A stretch of DNA of 48,350 nt from Chiloscyllium plagiosum (GCF_004010195.1 NW_025215291.1:37148-85497); one strand, 5' to 3'. Counted from the first letter of the stretch, positions 11,521 through 24,540 are shown. Program-made: numbers and translations. The notes: generated by a model not told the origin, from the sequence alone.

Positions 11521-13344
11521 GTTTTTCAGACGGAACAGAGTCTATGCTTCTGTGGAAGAAAAAGCAGTTAGGTAGATAAATGTTGTGTTGGCCTTCATCA
11601 TAAGAGGAATTGTGTACAGGAGTAACGGTGTGTCGCTGTAGCTGTACAGGACATTGGGTTGGCATCAGGGTTAGCCACACGTGGTTCTGATTCTGGCATG
11701 TTCACCCACACTTGTTACTGGATCACAGATCAGCATGAAGATAATGGTCGTCTGAGAGATGATCCTGAGGGAAAGGTTACACATTCTGACTGAATACAAT
11801 TTTGCTGCTGCTGCTGTTGTGGTCTACAGCAGTACATGAATGCCCAATTTGAGTTGCAGTATCTGCAATTCAATTCAACTGACTGCCCCCCACCCAGTTC
11901 ACACCATGACTCATTCATACATCAGCCCTATACTCAGTGACCTACTCTGATTTCTGATGTGGTACCACATACATTTCCATATTGTCATTCCGCTGAGGGT
12001 CCCTCCTTGATGACATTGCCTCCAATTTATTACCTTCCTTAAACACTTTAACATATTCATCTGATTATTTTTCCATTCCCACAATGCCATCATGTGTGTT
12101 TCATATGAATTTGTTTCCCTCTCCCTGGCCATGAGTAAGAGCTTTGTAATGTCAGTGATACTAGCTGTATGTAGTTTCAGAGCCAATGAATTTGGGCACC
12201 TTGTGTTATCGTTCACATCACGATGAACGGCGCTCCATGTCGTACAGTGCGTCCGAGCAGCTTTGACACATGTCTGTGGAATTTGTTCAAAAACAGAAAT
12301 TGCTGAAGAAAATAAGCAAGTCTGGCAGCATCTTGTGGAGTGAATGTACAGTTGATCTTTCATGTCTAGTGACCCTTCTACAAATCTGCCAGTTTCTGCA
12401 GTAATATTTGCATGCTTATTTCCACTATCCATAGTTATAAACATAGAACATTACAGCGCAGTACAGGCCCTTCGGCCGTTGATGTTGCGCCGCCCTGTCA
12501 TACTAATCTGAAGCCCGTCCCCCCTACATTCATCCATGTACGTCCATTTGCCTGTCAAATGACGACTTAAATGTACTTAAAGTTGGCGAATCTACTACCG
12601 ATGCAGGCAAAGCATTCCATATCCTTATTACTCTCTGAGTAATGATGCTATCTCTGACATCTGTCTTATACCTATCTCCCCTCACTGTAAAGTTGTGTTC
12701 CCTCGTGTTTGCCGTCCACATACTTGGAAAATGGCTAAACCTGTCCACCCTATCTAACCCTCTGATTATCTTGTATGTCTCTAATAAGTCACCTCTCAAC
12801 CTTCTTCTCTCTAACGAGAACAGTCTCAAGGCCCTCAGCCTTTCCTCGTAAGACATTCCTTCCATACCAGGCAACTTCCGAGCAAATCTCCTCTGCACCC
12901 GTTCCAAAGCTTTCACATCTTTCTTATAATGCGGCGACCAGAACTGTACACAATACTCCAAATGTGGCCATAGCAGAGCTTTGTACAGTTGCAGCATAAC
13001 CTCCTGATTCCGGAACTCAATCCCTCTATTAATAAAGGTCAAAACACTGCACGCTTTCTTAAAAACCCTGTCAATCTGGGTGGCAACTTTCAGGGATCTG
13101 TGTACATGGACACCAAGATGTCTCTAGTCATCTGCACTCCCAAGAATCCTACCATTAGCCCAATACTTTGCATTCCGATTACTCTACCTCACACTTGTCC
13201 ACATTAAACTCCATTTGCCACCTCTCAGCCCAACTCTGCATCCTATCTGTGTCTCTCTGCAGCCTACTACATCCTTCGTTAGTATCCACAACTCCACCGA
13301 CCTTCGTGTCGTCCGCAAATTTACTAACTCACCCTTCTAAACCC
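11128..13344 (+). repeat. Segmental duplicate copy B (matches 1-2230)
   Basis: Colinear near-identity with 1-2230; lacks a ~15-bp stretch near 13186 relative to copy A. Confidence 0.95.
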
Positions 13345-13630
13345 TCATCCGGGTGATTTATAAAAATGACGAACAGCAGTGGACCCAACACCAACCCTTG
13401 CGATACGCCGCTAGTAACTGGAAACCAAGATGAACATGTTCCATCAACTACAACCCTTTGTTTTCTTTCAGCAAGCCAATTAATGATCCAAACTGCTATG
13501 TCTCCCACAATCCCAATCCTCCACATTTTGTATAATATCCTACTGTGGGGAACATTATCGAAAACCTTGCTGAAATCTATATACACCACATCAACCGGTT
13601 TACTCTCATCTCCCTTTTTGGTTATTTGTT
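12439..13630 (-). mobile_element. CR1/HER1-type LINE, RT domain to 3' tail
   Basis: [58 protein letters not shown]; same tail as 1312. Confidence 0.95.
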
Positions 13631-13654
13631 TAATTGAAAATTTGTTCTGTGCCT

Positions 13655-14795
13655 ATTCATTTCTGGAGAAACTCAACAGGCGTGGCAGCATCTACGGAGC
13701 CAGAGAAAAAGAGTTAGCGTTACAAGTCGAGTGTGACAATTCTTCAGAACTGAAAAGGATTGGAAACAGGGCTTTTCAATCCCTTGACAGAGGTGAGGGG
13801 TGGGTGACGTGGAGAAGAGAGTACGGCAAAGGATAAACGGGCTTTTAGCAGTAGTGGACATGAAGATGATGTGAAATAGCTTTAAATTAAGATGTGAATG
13901 GGGGAAAGGGGTTCTCTCTATTGAGTGTAAGATAAAGAAGACACAACCAAACAAGGTCACAGGGAGGCCAGGAAGGAGAGTGCATGAAATTTGGTGAACA
14001 GCCATAGTCGGGTAAGGCTGTGAAGCTATGGAGTGGAAGATTAACTCCTTCAGGCTGAAACGTACCAAAGTGTAATGTGAGGAGTTACTCGAGCTTGGGC
14101 TGTGCTTCATTGAGATTGCTGCAACCAAGGACCGAAGTATTAGCATGACAGCAAGGGAGCTTATCGAAATGGGAAATAATGAGAAGGTCAGAGTATTCAG
14201 CCAGAATGGGAGTGTCCCTCAATGCAGTCTCTGTTTGGTCTCCCCAATGTAAAGGAAACTGCATTGTGAGCAGCAACGACAAGAGGCTCGATTGAAAGAG
14301 TACAAGTGAAATGCTGCCTCACCTGGGAGGTGTGATTGGGGCCTTGGACAGTGAGGAGGAAAGAGGTGAACGGCCAAGTGGTGCAGCTTCTGCAATCACT
14401 TGCAAAGTTGCCATGGGGAAGTGGGGGCGTGCTCGGGGTGATTGTGGGTGTTACAGAGGGGATGATCCGTGTGACATACCGACAGTGGACTGGAGGGTAA
14501 GATGTTTTTGATGGTGCGGACCTGCTGGAGGTGATTGAAATGGTGGAGGATGATTCTGTGAATGTGGATTTTAGTGCAGTAGGAAGTGAGTACAATGGGA
14601 GATCTATCATTGTTCTGGGAAGGAGGGATGGAGTTAGGGCAGAAGCACGTGAGATGTAACAGTGACAGCTGAAGAACCTGTCGACCGGAAAAGAACCAGA
14701 CACCTAAATTGAGGATTTCTGTCTCACATCTGGTCTGAAGTGAGATGTGAAAATAGACCCAGAGGAAGGTCAGTGAGCATATGTGAGCAGACATT
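13655..14795 (-). mobile_element. Degenerate Neptune-type PLE 3' portion
   Basis: DRSPIVLT....IHRIILHHFNHLQ; QVRQHFTC; attggggagaccaaac (IGETK) GIY-YIG remnant; terminus ggagaaactcaacagg..ggcagcatc. Confidence 0.8.
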
Positions 14796-15609
14796 CAAGC
14801 AGATATCCCATAACGCTCAGAAATTATTGTTTGTGTTCAAATAGAAGAACTCAATAAGAAGATGAACCGCCTATGGTTGACAAAAGCTGTCATTGATGGT
14901 ATTCAATCACAAAGTAATGAACAGTAGTGTCGGGCCAGATGCTAAGCATGAATTTCAGCTATGCTTCCTGATTTACACCCAGAAATCACTGCCATTGTTG
15001 CGCCATCCTCTTCTCTGCTCTTCTCCACTTCCTGATTCCAGTTTCTCCCTCTCCAGTTACAGAGCACATTATCTCACATTATGGTCATTACCCACTTCAC
15101 CTGAAGCTCTTTGTTCAAGTCTACCTTCCCTGCACTACCATCAAGTTGCGTTTTGTGCTGCCACTTTGCCTCTGGTCTCAGTGTGGCTCTGCCTCTCAGT
15201 TCATGCTGTTTTACACCTCCCACTCACATCTCATTCCTGAAAGTTTCCTTCTTGTAAGAAACTTTATTGAAAACACCACTCTCCATTTGCACTGAATTCA
15301 AACCATGATCCAAAACCTAAAAGTTATACTCAGCCTTCATCTCAGTATGCGAAAGAATTCCTTTTCTTGTATAGATTTTGCCAGAGATACGTTTTCACTG
15401 GAGAGGTCATCACCCGCTTTAGACAAAGGAATTCAGATGCTTGACGTCTTATTGGCACAAGTAAGAGTTACATGCTGCCTTAGTATTTTAACATGGAGAA
15501 CAAAATCAATTCACAGTAGGAAGTTTGGGCTGAGTGTTGATTACCTGTCATTGTTAATATTGTTTCAAAATTGCAGTGCTGAACTTTAAATGCTTGTTCT
15601 TGAAGTTAA

Positions 15610-15995
15610 TATCAGATGGAGTGTAGGAGGTTGAAGGGTGACATTATATAAGTTTATAAAATCATGAGACGCATGGATAGGGTGAATAGGGTCTACTATC
15701 GACAGGATAGTAGAGTCCAAAATAGAGGATGTAGCTTTACTGTGAAAGGGCGAAGATTTAAAAGGGACGAAGGGGCAATGTTTTCACACCGACTGTGATG
15801 TATATGTGTGGATTTAACTTCCAGAGGAAGAGTGGCAGATGCAAGTACAGCTAAAACATTTCAAAGACATTTGGACAAACATATGAATAGGAACCGTTCA
15901 GATGCATATGGGCCAAGTGCAAGCAGATGGGACTAGTTTAGTTTGGACAATCTGGTCAGCATGGACAAGATGGACCAATGGGACTGTTTGTGCAC
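15610..15995 (+). mobile_element. CR1 3' end
   Basis: gtgtaggaggttgaagggtgac..tataaaatcatgag..ggtcagcatggacaagatggaccaatggg. Confidence 0.8.
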
Positions 15996-16009
15996 GAAAT
16001 GACCTAATG

Positions 16010-17640
16010 AATCTGGAAAGCAAGGAAAAAGGAAGAAAAGATATGATGTAAGCAAATTGGCAAGAATTATAAAAAACAAGCGACACGAGCTTTTCTGTGT
16101 ATATAAAGAAAGTTCAAGATGAATGTATGACTTTTGGAAGAAATGAAGTCAGGAAAGCATATTGAGGACGTTTGGAGGGTGTGCCTCGAGCGGACAGACA
16201 AGTAATTTACACTAGAGTTTTACATCATTCCTCACAGGAGAAGGCACTGTAAGTATGTCAATGATATATTCGAAATGGTAATCGGACGGAAGTCCTTCAA
16301 CAGCCTCTAACAACAGGAACAAGGTTTTATTAATAAACAGATGACAGTAAGTGTAGGCTGGTCTGCAGTAGTTCACAGTTGGTTTTAAAAGAAGCGCTTA
16401 CAGAATGATTGGTGGTACTGGGTGAAATATTCCATAACTGTGTGGATTACAGGAGTGTTCCAGCGAAACTGGAGAACCACCAATGTAGCGCCGGTCTTCA
16501 AGAAAGGGGTGAGAATGAAAGCAGAAAACATTTAGCTTCAACATTAATTGCTGGGAATCTGCGAGAGTCTGTTATTAAGGAACGAATTGCAGGGCATTGA
16601 GAAAAGCTTCATGCAGAGTCAGCATGGTTTTGTGAAAGGAGGTCAATATTTTGCCTGAAAAATCATTCAAAGATTTTCTGGAGAACCCTGAGAATGTAAC
16701 AAGCGATAAAGGGAGACTGGTAGACACGAGGCTTCCCAGAGATTTTCCACATGGTATCATAAGATAAAAATTGTTCCACAATACAGAAGCTCATAGTTTG
16801 ACAGATAATGGGACTGTTTGTGCATGGGATGTTAGCATGGGATGACGGTTGGTTAACAGAAGAGAAATCGGCGAGTCAGGGTTAATGGATCTTCCCAATA
16901 AAATGGATCTACTGGAGTATCACAAATATCAGTGCAATGGCAACGTTTATTTACAAACTATACTGAAAGCCTGATGGCGGGAGCTGAATGCAATATACAT
17001 CCGAGTTTAGGGATGACACTGAGAACCAAAAGGCAGGCTGTTAGTTCATGGAGACGACTACCACAAAACGAACAGTGCAATTGGATGGGAGTGTCCTTGT
17101 GTCTGAAACATAACGTCAACATGTTGATGCAGCAAGTAATTCGGTTGGTTCGTGAGGCAGGTGCCTGGAATGAAAGAGTTGAATTATTGAGTACATCTAA
17201 AATGGTGTGGTGATTATTCATTGTGGTTGAAATAAATGAGGCTGCTATTACTTAAACATACAAGATACAGAGGAGGCTTGACAAGGTAGACTTTGAGAAT
17301 GTAAATCCATTGCAGGGCATAGTCTCGAAATCAGGGATGCAGATTCAGAAAAAGGGATATCGTTTCAGAACTGAGATGCAAAGAAATGTCTTCTTTCTGA
17401 TGGTAGAGAATGTCTGGAATTCCATAACCCAGAGAGTGTTGAGACTGAGTCACTGAATGTATTTACAGACGGGGTGGATTGCGTTTTTACATATCAGCAA
17501 GTTGAGGGGTACAAGGGGTTGGCAGGAAAGTGGAGTTCAGCCGTGGAGTAGATCAGCCATGTTTTTTATTGAATGACAGTGCAGGCTTGAGACGCTGAAT
17601 AGGCTGATTCTGCTTCTATTTCTTACGTTCTTATGTTATT
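16010..17640 (+). mobile_element. Highly degenerate CR1 LINE
   Basis: Remnants of G.VP..W....V...F.KG, SQHGFVKG and 3' tail gatcagccatg..attgaatg..gcaggcttgag..ctgaat..ttcttatgtt. Confidence 0.7.
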
Positions 17641-17959
17641 CTTTTGGAAAGTAACTGGTTATTTTCCTGGATGTCGTGTTGTGCAATGTTGTGTCAGGAA
17701 GAGGATTTGTTTGAGCTAACCCTGGATGCGGGTAGAGGGCTGTATTCACAGTGAATCTGGGTCTGTAACATGATCCACATCTGGAGGCGCAGTTACGGAG
17801 AGGGAAAGCCTAGAAAGAGGGATTAGGGTAAGGGTCAATTCCTGACTCAAACTGGAATTTCCTGGCACATTTCCCAAACTCCAGCTAATCATCGGAGTGG
17901 CCTCTGTTTGCTCCTGTGTAGCAGGTCCGAAGGACTGAATGGAAAATCAGCACATAGGG

Positions 17960-18170
17960 CTGAGGGACACTGTAGCCCATTCGGCCGTTTGAAACTGTTC
18001 CACCAGTAAATAATGTCGTGGCTCATCTCACTGTGGTCCCAACTGCACTTTACTTTCCATGCACCATTATCCCTGATTCACCTGTGTATAGACAATCAGA
18101 CAAAGCCAAGCTCGATATAATATAAAGATTCGGCCATCCCAAACTTCTGGGAAAGAGAATTCCCACTTGA
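17960..18170 (-). mobile_element. CR1 3' tail fragment
   Basis: gtagcccattcggccgtttgaaactgttccacc..tctgggaaagagaattccca. Confidence 0.6.
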
Positions 18171-18414
18171 ATAAATTCCCACTTTGTGAATTTCTCCTCT
18201 TTCCTGGTATGACTGAGGTTGGAGGGTATCACTGTTTCCTTATCTAGTCCCACTCCTCCACTGTTCGCAACAGATTTGAATTGTAATCAAGTTGGTTGAT
18301 ATGGCGGATGATAAAGGTCTCAGACTGAGTCAGGTTCAGTGCCAGGAACAGGTCAGGTAGATTTTTTTAGTCAGCCACATGTAACTAATAGAACTAAAAT
18401 AACAGCATGGATGA

Positions 18415-18735
18415 CCTGTGGTGAGCACTGCAGCCTCGCATCACCCAGGAGCTGGGTTCAATTCCAACCTCGGCAACCTCTCTATGTGGAGTTTGACCAT
18501 TCTCCCCGTGTCTGTTTGGGTTTCCTCCCACAGTCCAAAAATGTGCATCTTAGAATAGATTGGCCACGCTAAATTGTCAGTAGTGCCTGGGGTGATGTAG
18601 GTTAAGTGGGTTGGCATACGAAATGCAGGGTTACATGGATGGGGTAGGGGTCAGGTCTGATTGGGATGCTGTTCGGTGGGTCAGTGTGGATTTGATGGGT
18701 AAAATGTCCTGCTTCCACACTATCGAGGTTCAATG
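18415..18735 (+). mobile_element. HE1/V-SINE-type tRNA-derived SINE (diverged)
   Basis: gtggtgagcactgc..gggttcaattcc (B box)..tgtggagtttgaccattctccccgtgtctg..tttcctcccacagtccaaa. Confidence 0.85.
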
Positions 18736-18794
18736 ACAATAACAACAAATTTGGACGATAAAGCACCCAGCAGGTATCTATCTGATCCACTCTG

Positions 18795-18894
18795 NNNNNN
18801 NNNNNNNNNNNNNNNNNNNNNNNNNNNNNNNNNNNNNNNNNNNNNNNNNNNNNNNNNNNNNNNNNNNNNNNNNNNNNNNNNNNNNNNNNNNNNN
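18795..18894. other. Assembly gap (100 N)
   Basis: Run of N. Confidence 1.
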
Positions 18895-18999
18895 CAGGAA
18901 TGTGCAGCATGGGGAAATGCTGACTGTGGTACTAAATGACACTGCTTCAGAACATCCGGAAAAAATGAAATGATAATCTAGAAAGCATTTTAAAAAGCT

Positions 19000-19216
19000 A
19001 ACAGTGATAGAATATAATTCCAAAGGACCAGTGGGCCGCTTTGTCATCAGAGACAGACCAATCGTGATGGTTTCCCCTAAGGGTCACCACACCTTGGGTG
19101 ATGGGGTAATATTGAGAGACCGTCCCCTTCATGTTAATCTCTGTCAGTGTGGAGAATTGAACCTCCGCTGCTCGCCTCCCTCTGCATCGCAAACCAGCCG
19201 TCCAGCCAACTGAGTG
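19000..19216 (-). mobile_element. tRNA-derived SINE, second family
   Basis: Reverse strand ctcagttggctgg (A box)..ggttcaattct (B box)..ggtgtggtgacccttagg. Confidence 0.65.
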
Positions 19217-19224
19217 GGATACTG

Positions 19225-19672
19225 CGTTACAGTTACAGACAGAAACAGTCACAGACAAAGGGCAAGAGAAACGTTCATAACAAGGAAAAAGGTACAAGTC
19301 AGATAATGGTCAAGATAACGGCTGAGGATTAGAGCGTTCTCAGCTAGAAGTTTGTTTTATAACGGGACAAGTGTTTAGAAGCTATCTTTGGCTGAAGACA
19401 ATAAGATGAGACAAGTGAAATGACGAGAATTACTAATTGTGATTGGATATCGGTAACCATAAAATAAGTGTATATTTTTGCTTGCTCTATGTAAAATGTG
19501 CTTACCATTGGATAGACGTATAAAGCTGACGGAATATATTTTTGGGAGAGTCCATCCCCATGCAAAATGCCGTCGAACAGGCACTTGAAGATAAACCGGG
19601 TAATAGTGGCTGAGTGTCATGTGGACAGTGACAGTAACCCAGGGGGTTGAATGACTGACATTTCCTGTAACA
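19225..19672 (+). repeat. Possible solo LTR
   Basis: Inverted termini (c)gttacag...ctgtaaca, internal tataa and A-rich signal-like motifs; no TSD found. Confidence 0.3.
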
Positions 19673-20277
19673 TGGAGTTAAGAAAAACATCAGAACAGCC
19701 AGAATCTTATAATATGATAGAATGCGTTTGAAGGGCTGAATGGCCTCATTGTGGATTTGAATTGTATGTGATTTGAAAACTGTTTATCTTTACTCCTTCC
19801 CCTGTTACATGCTAGGGAATTTAAATTTTCCTGAAAATGGGAATTATTTGGAACACAAACTGAAACATTCCATGATCAGCATTCTTCAGGATATTCTATC
19901 AATATGTGGGGGCATTGCAAAGGCGAGAGAGAGAGAGAAGAGAGAGACAGAAAGAAAGAAAATGTTTGCATGCAGTAGTAAGAGTGGTAGAGCATGAGAT
20001 TTGTTCCTGGGTAGGTGCTGGAACAGATATACATTGAGTGTGAGGAAGCAGCGAGAATACGGTGACCCTCATCCTGACAGATTGGGGAAGGTTGTCCTGT
20101 ATTGCTGGACATTTTTTCAGACCGAAGATCTTGCACTGAGCTGGGTGGTGAGCCCAGACGATGCTCGGTGGGTCTGGTAGTGTGGTCCTCTCTGGGAAGA
20201 GAATGGTCCCCCTCTGTACTCGCCCATCCTCCAGGACCTCCGTCCCCCTGTCGACAAACCGGGAGGTAATGCCTTTC

Positions 20278-21973
20278 ATCTGCCATGCTCGGGGTAAACT
20301 ATGCAGGATAGCTCTGAACGGAGAAAGCTCAACCGTGTGCCCATTGGCCTTTTAAAGATGGCGCCAGTGTCAGGCATCAAAGAATATCCAGGAGAATCCC
20401 GGCAATGGTGAGCATCTCCAGCTATGATGGGTGGGAGAATCGGGCTGGTATTGAATGAGAGGGACACCATGGGATGGGTGGGTAGTTAATGAGGTGAGTT
20501 CGATAATATAGCACCAGGAAACAATCACAACCTTGTGCAGACAACTCCTGTTGTCACATTCAATGAAAATGACAAAAAGAAAAGTTATTGTTACATTCAG
20601 CCCAATGAGTCCCAGACTCTGCTGTGCCCACTCAGAGGTACAGAGCTGCATAATAAGTGTTCATCCAAATGCTTTCCATCATCTGAACTCACACCAATAT
20701 CCTGTTCAACCGTCATTCCTGCGAATACTGGCTCATGTTGCAGTACACTGTCGAAATATCTTCATATCAGCATTCTGAAACCTGTGATCTGTCATGACAT
20801 ATTCTCAACCCAACTCTCTCTTTTCCCAAAATTCTTTTGTTTGTTGTTAATTAACCTGATTTCCCCGTCAACTCCCCCGGCAGTGATTTTCACACCCACA
20901 GCACCCCTTGTAAAGGTACCATGGAGATTTGGAGCTGTAAATGGATGGGAGCTGCACATCCTGTCACTTCCAGCACAGGCTGCAAGTTTACAAAGCTGGT
21001 CAGTGATGTAACACAGTGTTACTGAACAATGCTCTACATGCTGGGAGGGTAACTCTTCCAGGTTTAGAGATCAATGCACTGAGGTGGTGGACACAGCTCT
21101 ACATGCTGGGAGGGTAACTGTTCCAGGTTTAGACATCAATTCACTGCTGCTCACTGTACAGCTAACCATACTGAACAGAAACCTTGTCGTGTTTAAAAAG
21201 CAAGACACTGGTGTTTCTGCATATCACCCTGCGCTGGACAGGCCGTTTCATCTGGGTAACTGAATCAATGCACAAGTTTGGTTTGTGTTGGTCCCCATGT
21301 TGGACAGATAGCTCGTGGCCTGGTGAGACCTGCGCAGTATTTCATCCTGGGCAGATTGCTGGGTTGTCCTGAGTCTGGTCTGCACAGTGCTCCATCCTGA
21401 ACATATTGTTGGGTTGTCCTTAGCCAGGTGTACATTGCTCCATCCTGGACAGAGTGCTGAGTTGTCCTGTGCCTGGTCTGTAAAATGCCCCATCCTGGAC
21501 AGATTGCTGGGTTGTACTGAGCCTGATCGGCACAGTGCCCAGTGATGAGCAGATATCTCACCTGGGCTACTACGCATCTGGGCTGAGTCTGTAAGGAGGA
21601 TTAATTATCTGATATAATTCCTGAAAGAGCTATCACTCCTTCAGCTTGGTGCATTCCGCTATCAAATCCCACATTTTTGCAACATGTCGTCCATTAAGAA
21701 ATTATCCAACTAAGCCATGAATATCTGTCCTTCTTGCGATGCACACGAACAGACATACCTGAAAATATAGGACGAAGGTAGTCTTGACCTGAACGTTTTC
21801 TTATTTTAAAGGTAAATGTGAGGTACTCTGTTTCAGATGCAAATCGCTTCGTCAACATATTCGACATTAAGCAAAACACAATATATTTAAAGGCAGTACA
21901 CAAAATACACCAAAACAACCGGAACTTTGAATGCCTTGATTCTCTTGCAAAACATAACAGAATAATAGATTAT
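20278..21973 (+). repeat. Tandem duplicate copy 1 (matches 22474-24104)
   Basis: Colinear; about 12 substitutions in the first ~730 bp; ends at a gap. Confidence 0.95.
21296..21556. repeat. ~50-bp minisatellite, 4-5 units (also 23427-23687)
   Basis: Repeated catcctggacagattgctgggttgtcctgagcctggtctgcacagtgctc. Confidence 0.85.
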
Positions 21974-22473
21974 NNNNNNNNNNNNNNNNNNNNNNNNNNN
22001 NNNNNNNNNNNNNNNNNNNNNNNNNNNNNNNNNNNNNNNNNNNNNNNNNNNNNNNNNNNNNNNNNNNNNNNNNNNNNNNNNNNNNNNNNNNNNNNNNNNN
22101 NNNNNNNNNNNNNNNNNNNNNNNNNNNNNNNNNNNNNNNNNNNNNNNNNNNNNNNNNNNNNNNNNNNNNNNNNNNNNNNNNNNNNNNNNNNNNNNNNNNN
22201 NNNNNNNNNNNNNNNNNNNNNNNNNNNNNNNNNNNNNNNNNNNNNNNNNNNNNNNNNNNNNNNNNNNNNNNNNNNNNNNNNNNNNNNNNNNNNNNNNNNN
22301 NNNNNNNNNNNNNNNNNNNNNNNNNNNNNNNNNNNNNNNNNNNNNNNNNNNNNNNNNNNNNNNNNNNNNNNNNNNNNNNNNNNNNNNNNNNNNNNNNNNN
22401 NNNNNNNNNNNNNNNNNNNNNNNNNNNNNNNNNNNNNNNNNNNNNNNNNNNNNNNNNNNNNNNNNNNNNNNNN
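21974..22473. other. Assembly gap (500 N)
   Basis: Run of N. Confidence 1.
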
Positions 22474-24104
22474 ATCTTCCATGCTCTGGGTAAACTATGC
22501 AGGATAGCTCTGAACGGAGAAAGCTCAACCGTGTGCCCATTGGCCTTTTAAAGATGGCGCCAGTGTCAGGCATCAAAGAATATCCAGGAGAGTCCCGGCA
22601 ATGGTGAGCATCTCCAGCTATGATGGGTGGGAGAATCGGGCTGGTATTGAATGAGAGGGACACCATGGGATGGGTGGGTAGTTAATTAGGTGAGTTCGAT
22701 AATATAGCACCAGGAAACAATCACAACCTCATGCAGACAACTCCTCTTGTCACATTCAATGAAAATGACAAAAAGAAAAGTTATTGTTACATTCAGCCCA
22801 ATGAGTCACAGACTCTGCTGTGCCCACTCAAAGGTACAGAGCTGCATAATAAGTGTTCATCCAAATGCTTTCCATCATCTGAACTCACACCAATATCCTG
22901 TTCAACCGTCATTCCTGCGAATACTGGCTCATGTTGCAGTACACTGTCGAAATATCTTCATATCAGCATTCTGAAACCTGTGATCTGTCATGACATATTC
23001 TCAACCCAACTCTCTCTTTTCCCAAAATTCTTTTGTTTGTTGTTAATTAACCTGATTTCCCCGTCAACTCCCCCGGCAGTGATTTTCACACCCACAGCAC
23101 CCCTTGTAAAGGCACCATGGAGATTTGGAGCTGTAAATGGATGGGAGCTGCACATCCTGTCACTTCCAGCACAGCCTGCAAGTTTACCAAGCTGGTCAGT
23201 GATGTAACACAGTGTTACTGAACAATGCTCTACATGCTGGGAGGGTAACTCTTCCAGGTTTAGACATCAATTTACTGCTGCTCACTGTCCAGCTAACCAT
23301 ACTGAACAGAAACCTTGTCGCGTTTATAAAGCAAGACACTGGTGTTTCTGCATATCACCATGTGCTGGACAGGCCGTTTCATCTGGGTAACTGAATCAAT
23401 GCACCAGTTTGGTTTGTGTTGGTCCCCATGTTGGACAGATAGCTCGTGGCCTGGTGAGACCTGCGCAGTATTTCATCCTGGGCAGATTGCTGGGTTGTCC
23501 TGAGTCTGGTCTGCGCAGTGCTCCATCCTGGACATATTGTTGGGTTGTCCTGAGCCAGGTGTACAATGCTCCAGCCTGGACAGAATGCTGAGTTGTCCTG
23601 TGCCTGGTCTGTAAAATACCCCATCCTGGACAGATTGCTGGGTTGTACTGAGCCTGATCGGCACAGTGCCCAGTGCTGAGCAGATATCTCATCTGGGCTA
23701 CTACGCATCTGGGCTGAGTCTGTAAGGAGGATTAATTATCTGATATAATTCCTGAAAGAGCTATCAATCCTTCAGTTTGGTGCATTCCGCTATCAAATCC
23801 CACATTTTTGCAACATGTCATCCATTAAGAAATTATCCAACTAAGCCATGAATATCTGTCCTTCTTGCGATGCACACGAACAGACATACCTGAAAATATA
23901 GAACGAAGGTAGTCTTGACCTGAAAGTTTTCTTATTTTAAAGGTAAATGTGAGGTACTCTGTTTCAGATGCAAATCGCTTCGTCAACATATTCGACATTA
24001 AGCAAAACACAATATATTTAAAGGCAGTACACAAAATACACCAAAACAACCGGAACTTTGAATGCCTTGATTCTCTTGCAAAACATAACAGAATAATAGA
24101 TTAT
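22474..24104 (+). repeat. Tandem duplicate copy 2
   Basis: Starts at the gap edge matching 20278; 65 bp shorter than copy 1. Confidence 0.95.
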
Positions 24105-24540
24105 TTAGCTACTACACAATAACTGTTCAAATACGGTAACATCCTTGAAGCACTCACTTTTCACAAATCAAATTCAGTAAACAGATTGACTCACATGCAG
24201 TTCTCCAATCCAGGTGGAAAGAACATCAAAATACAATTCTGAGAGAAATCTCAGTGAGAGTGTGTGGCAGCCTGGAAAGATTTCCTGCCTTCCAACCCTG
24301 CTGAGATCTCAGCCATAACTGGCGAAAGATAAAACTAAGGATCCTGATTCTGTGAGAGGTTGGCCGTCACGCCACAGGACTAGGCCGTGACTGCAAGGAC
24401 CACAATGAATGGACTGTGTCTACACTCTCTTTGCCACTGTAGGAGCCTCTCAAAAGTGCCTAACCTCACATAAGCCGTTAAATGATGGTAAGGTAAATGT
24501 TAAAGATGAACATAACTAAATAAAACGAAAGGGTGCAGCA
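23866..24540 (-). mobile_element. Solo LTR related to the Gmr1-like LTRs (partial copy at 21735-21973)
   Basis: Reverse strand ttccacctggattggagaactgcat, ttgtgttttgcttaa, gcatctgaaaca and tttaaaataag match 4894-5503/7532-8170; ends in CA at 23866. Confidence 0.7.

Noticed and set aside
21012..21060. CACAGTG as a V(D)J recombination signal
   Set aside because: No nonamer at 12/23 spacing and no Ig/TCR segment adjacent
21694..21918. Small ORF/exon (also 23825-24049)
   Set aside because: Lies within solo-LTR sequence
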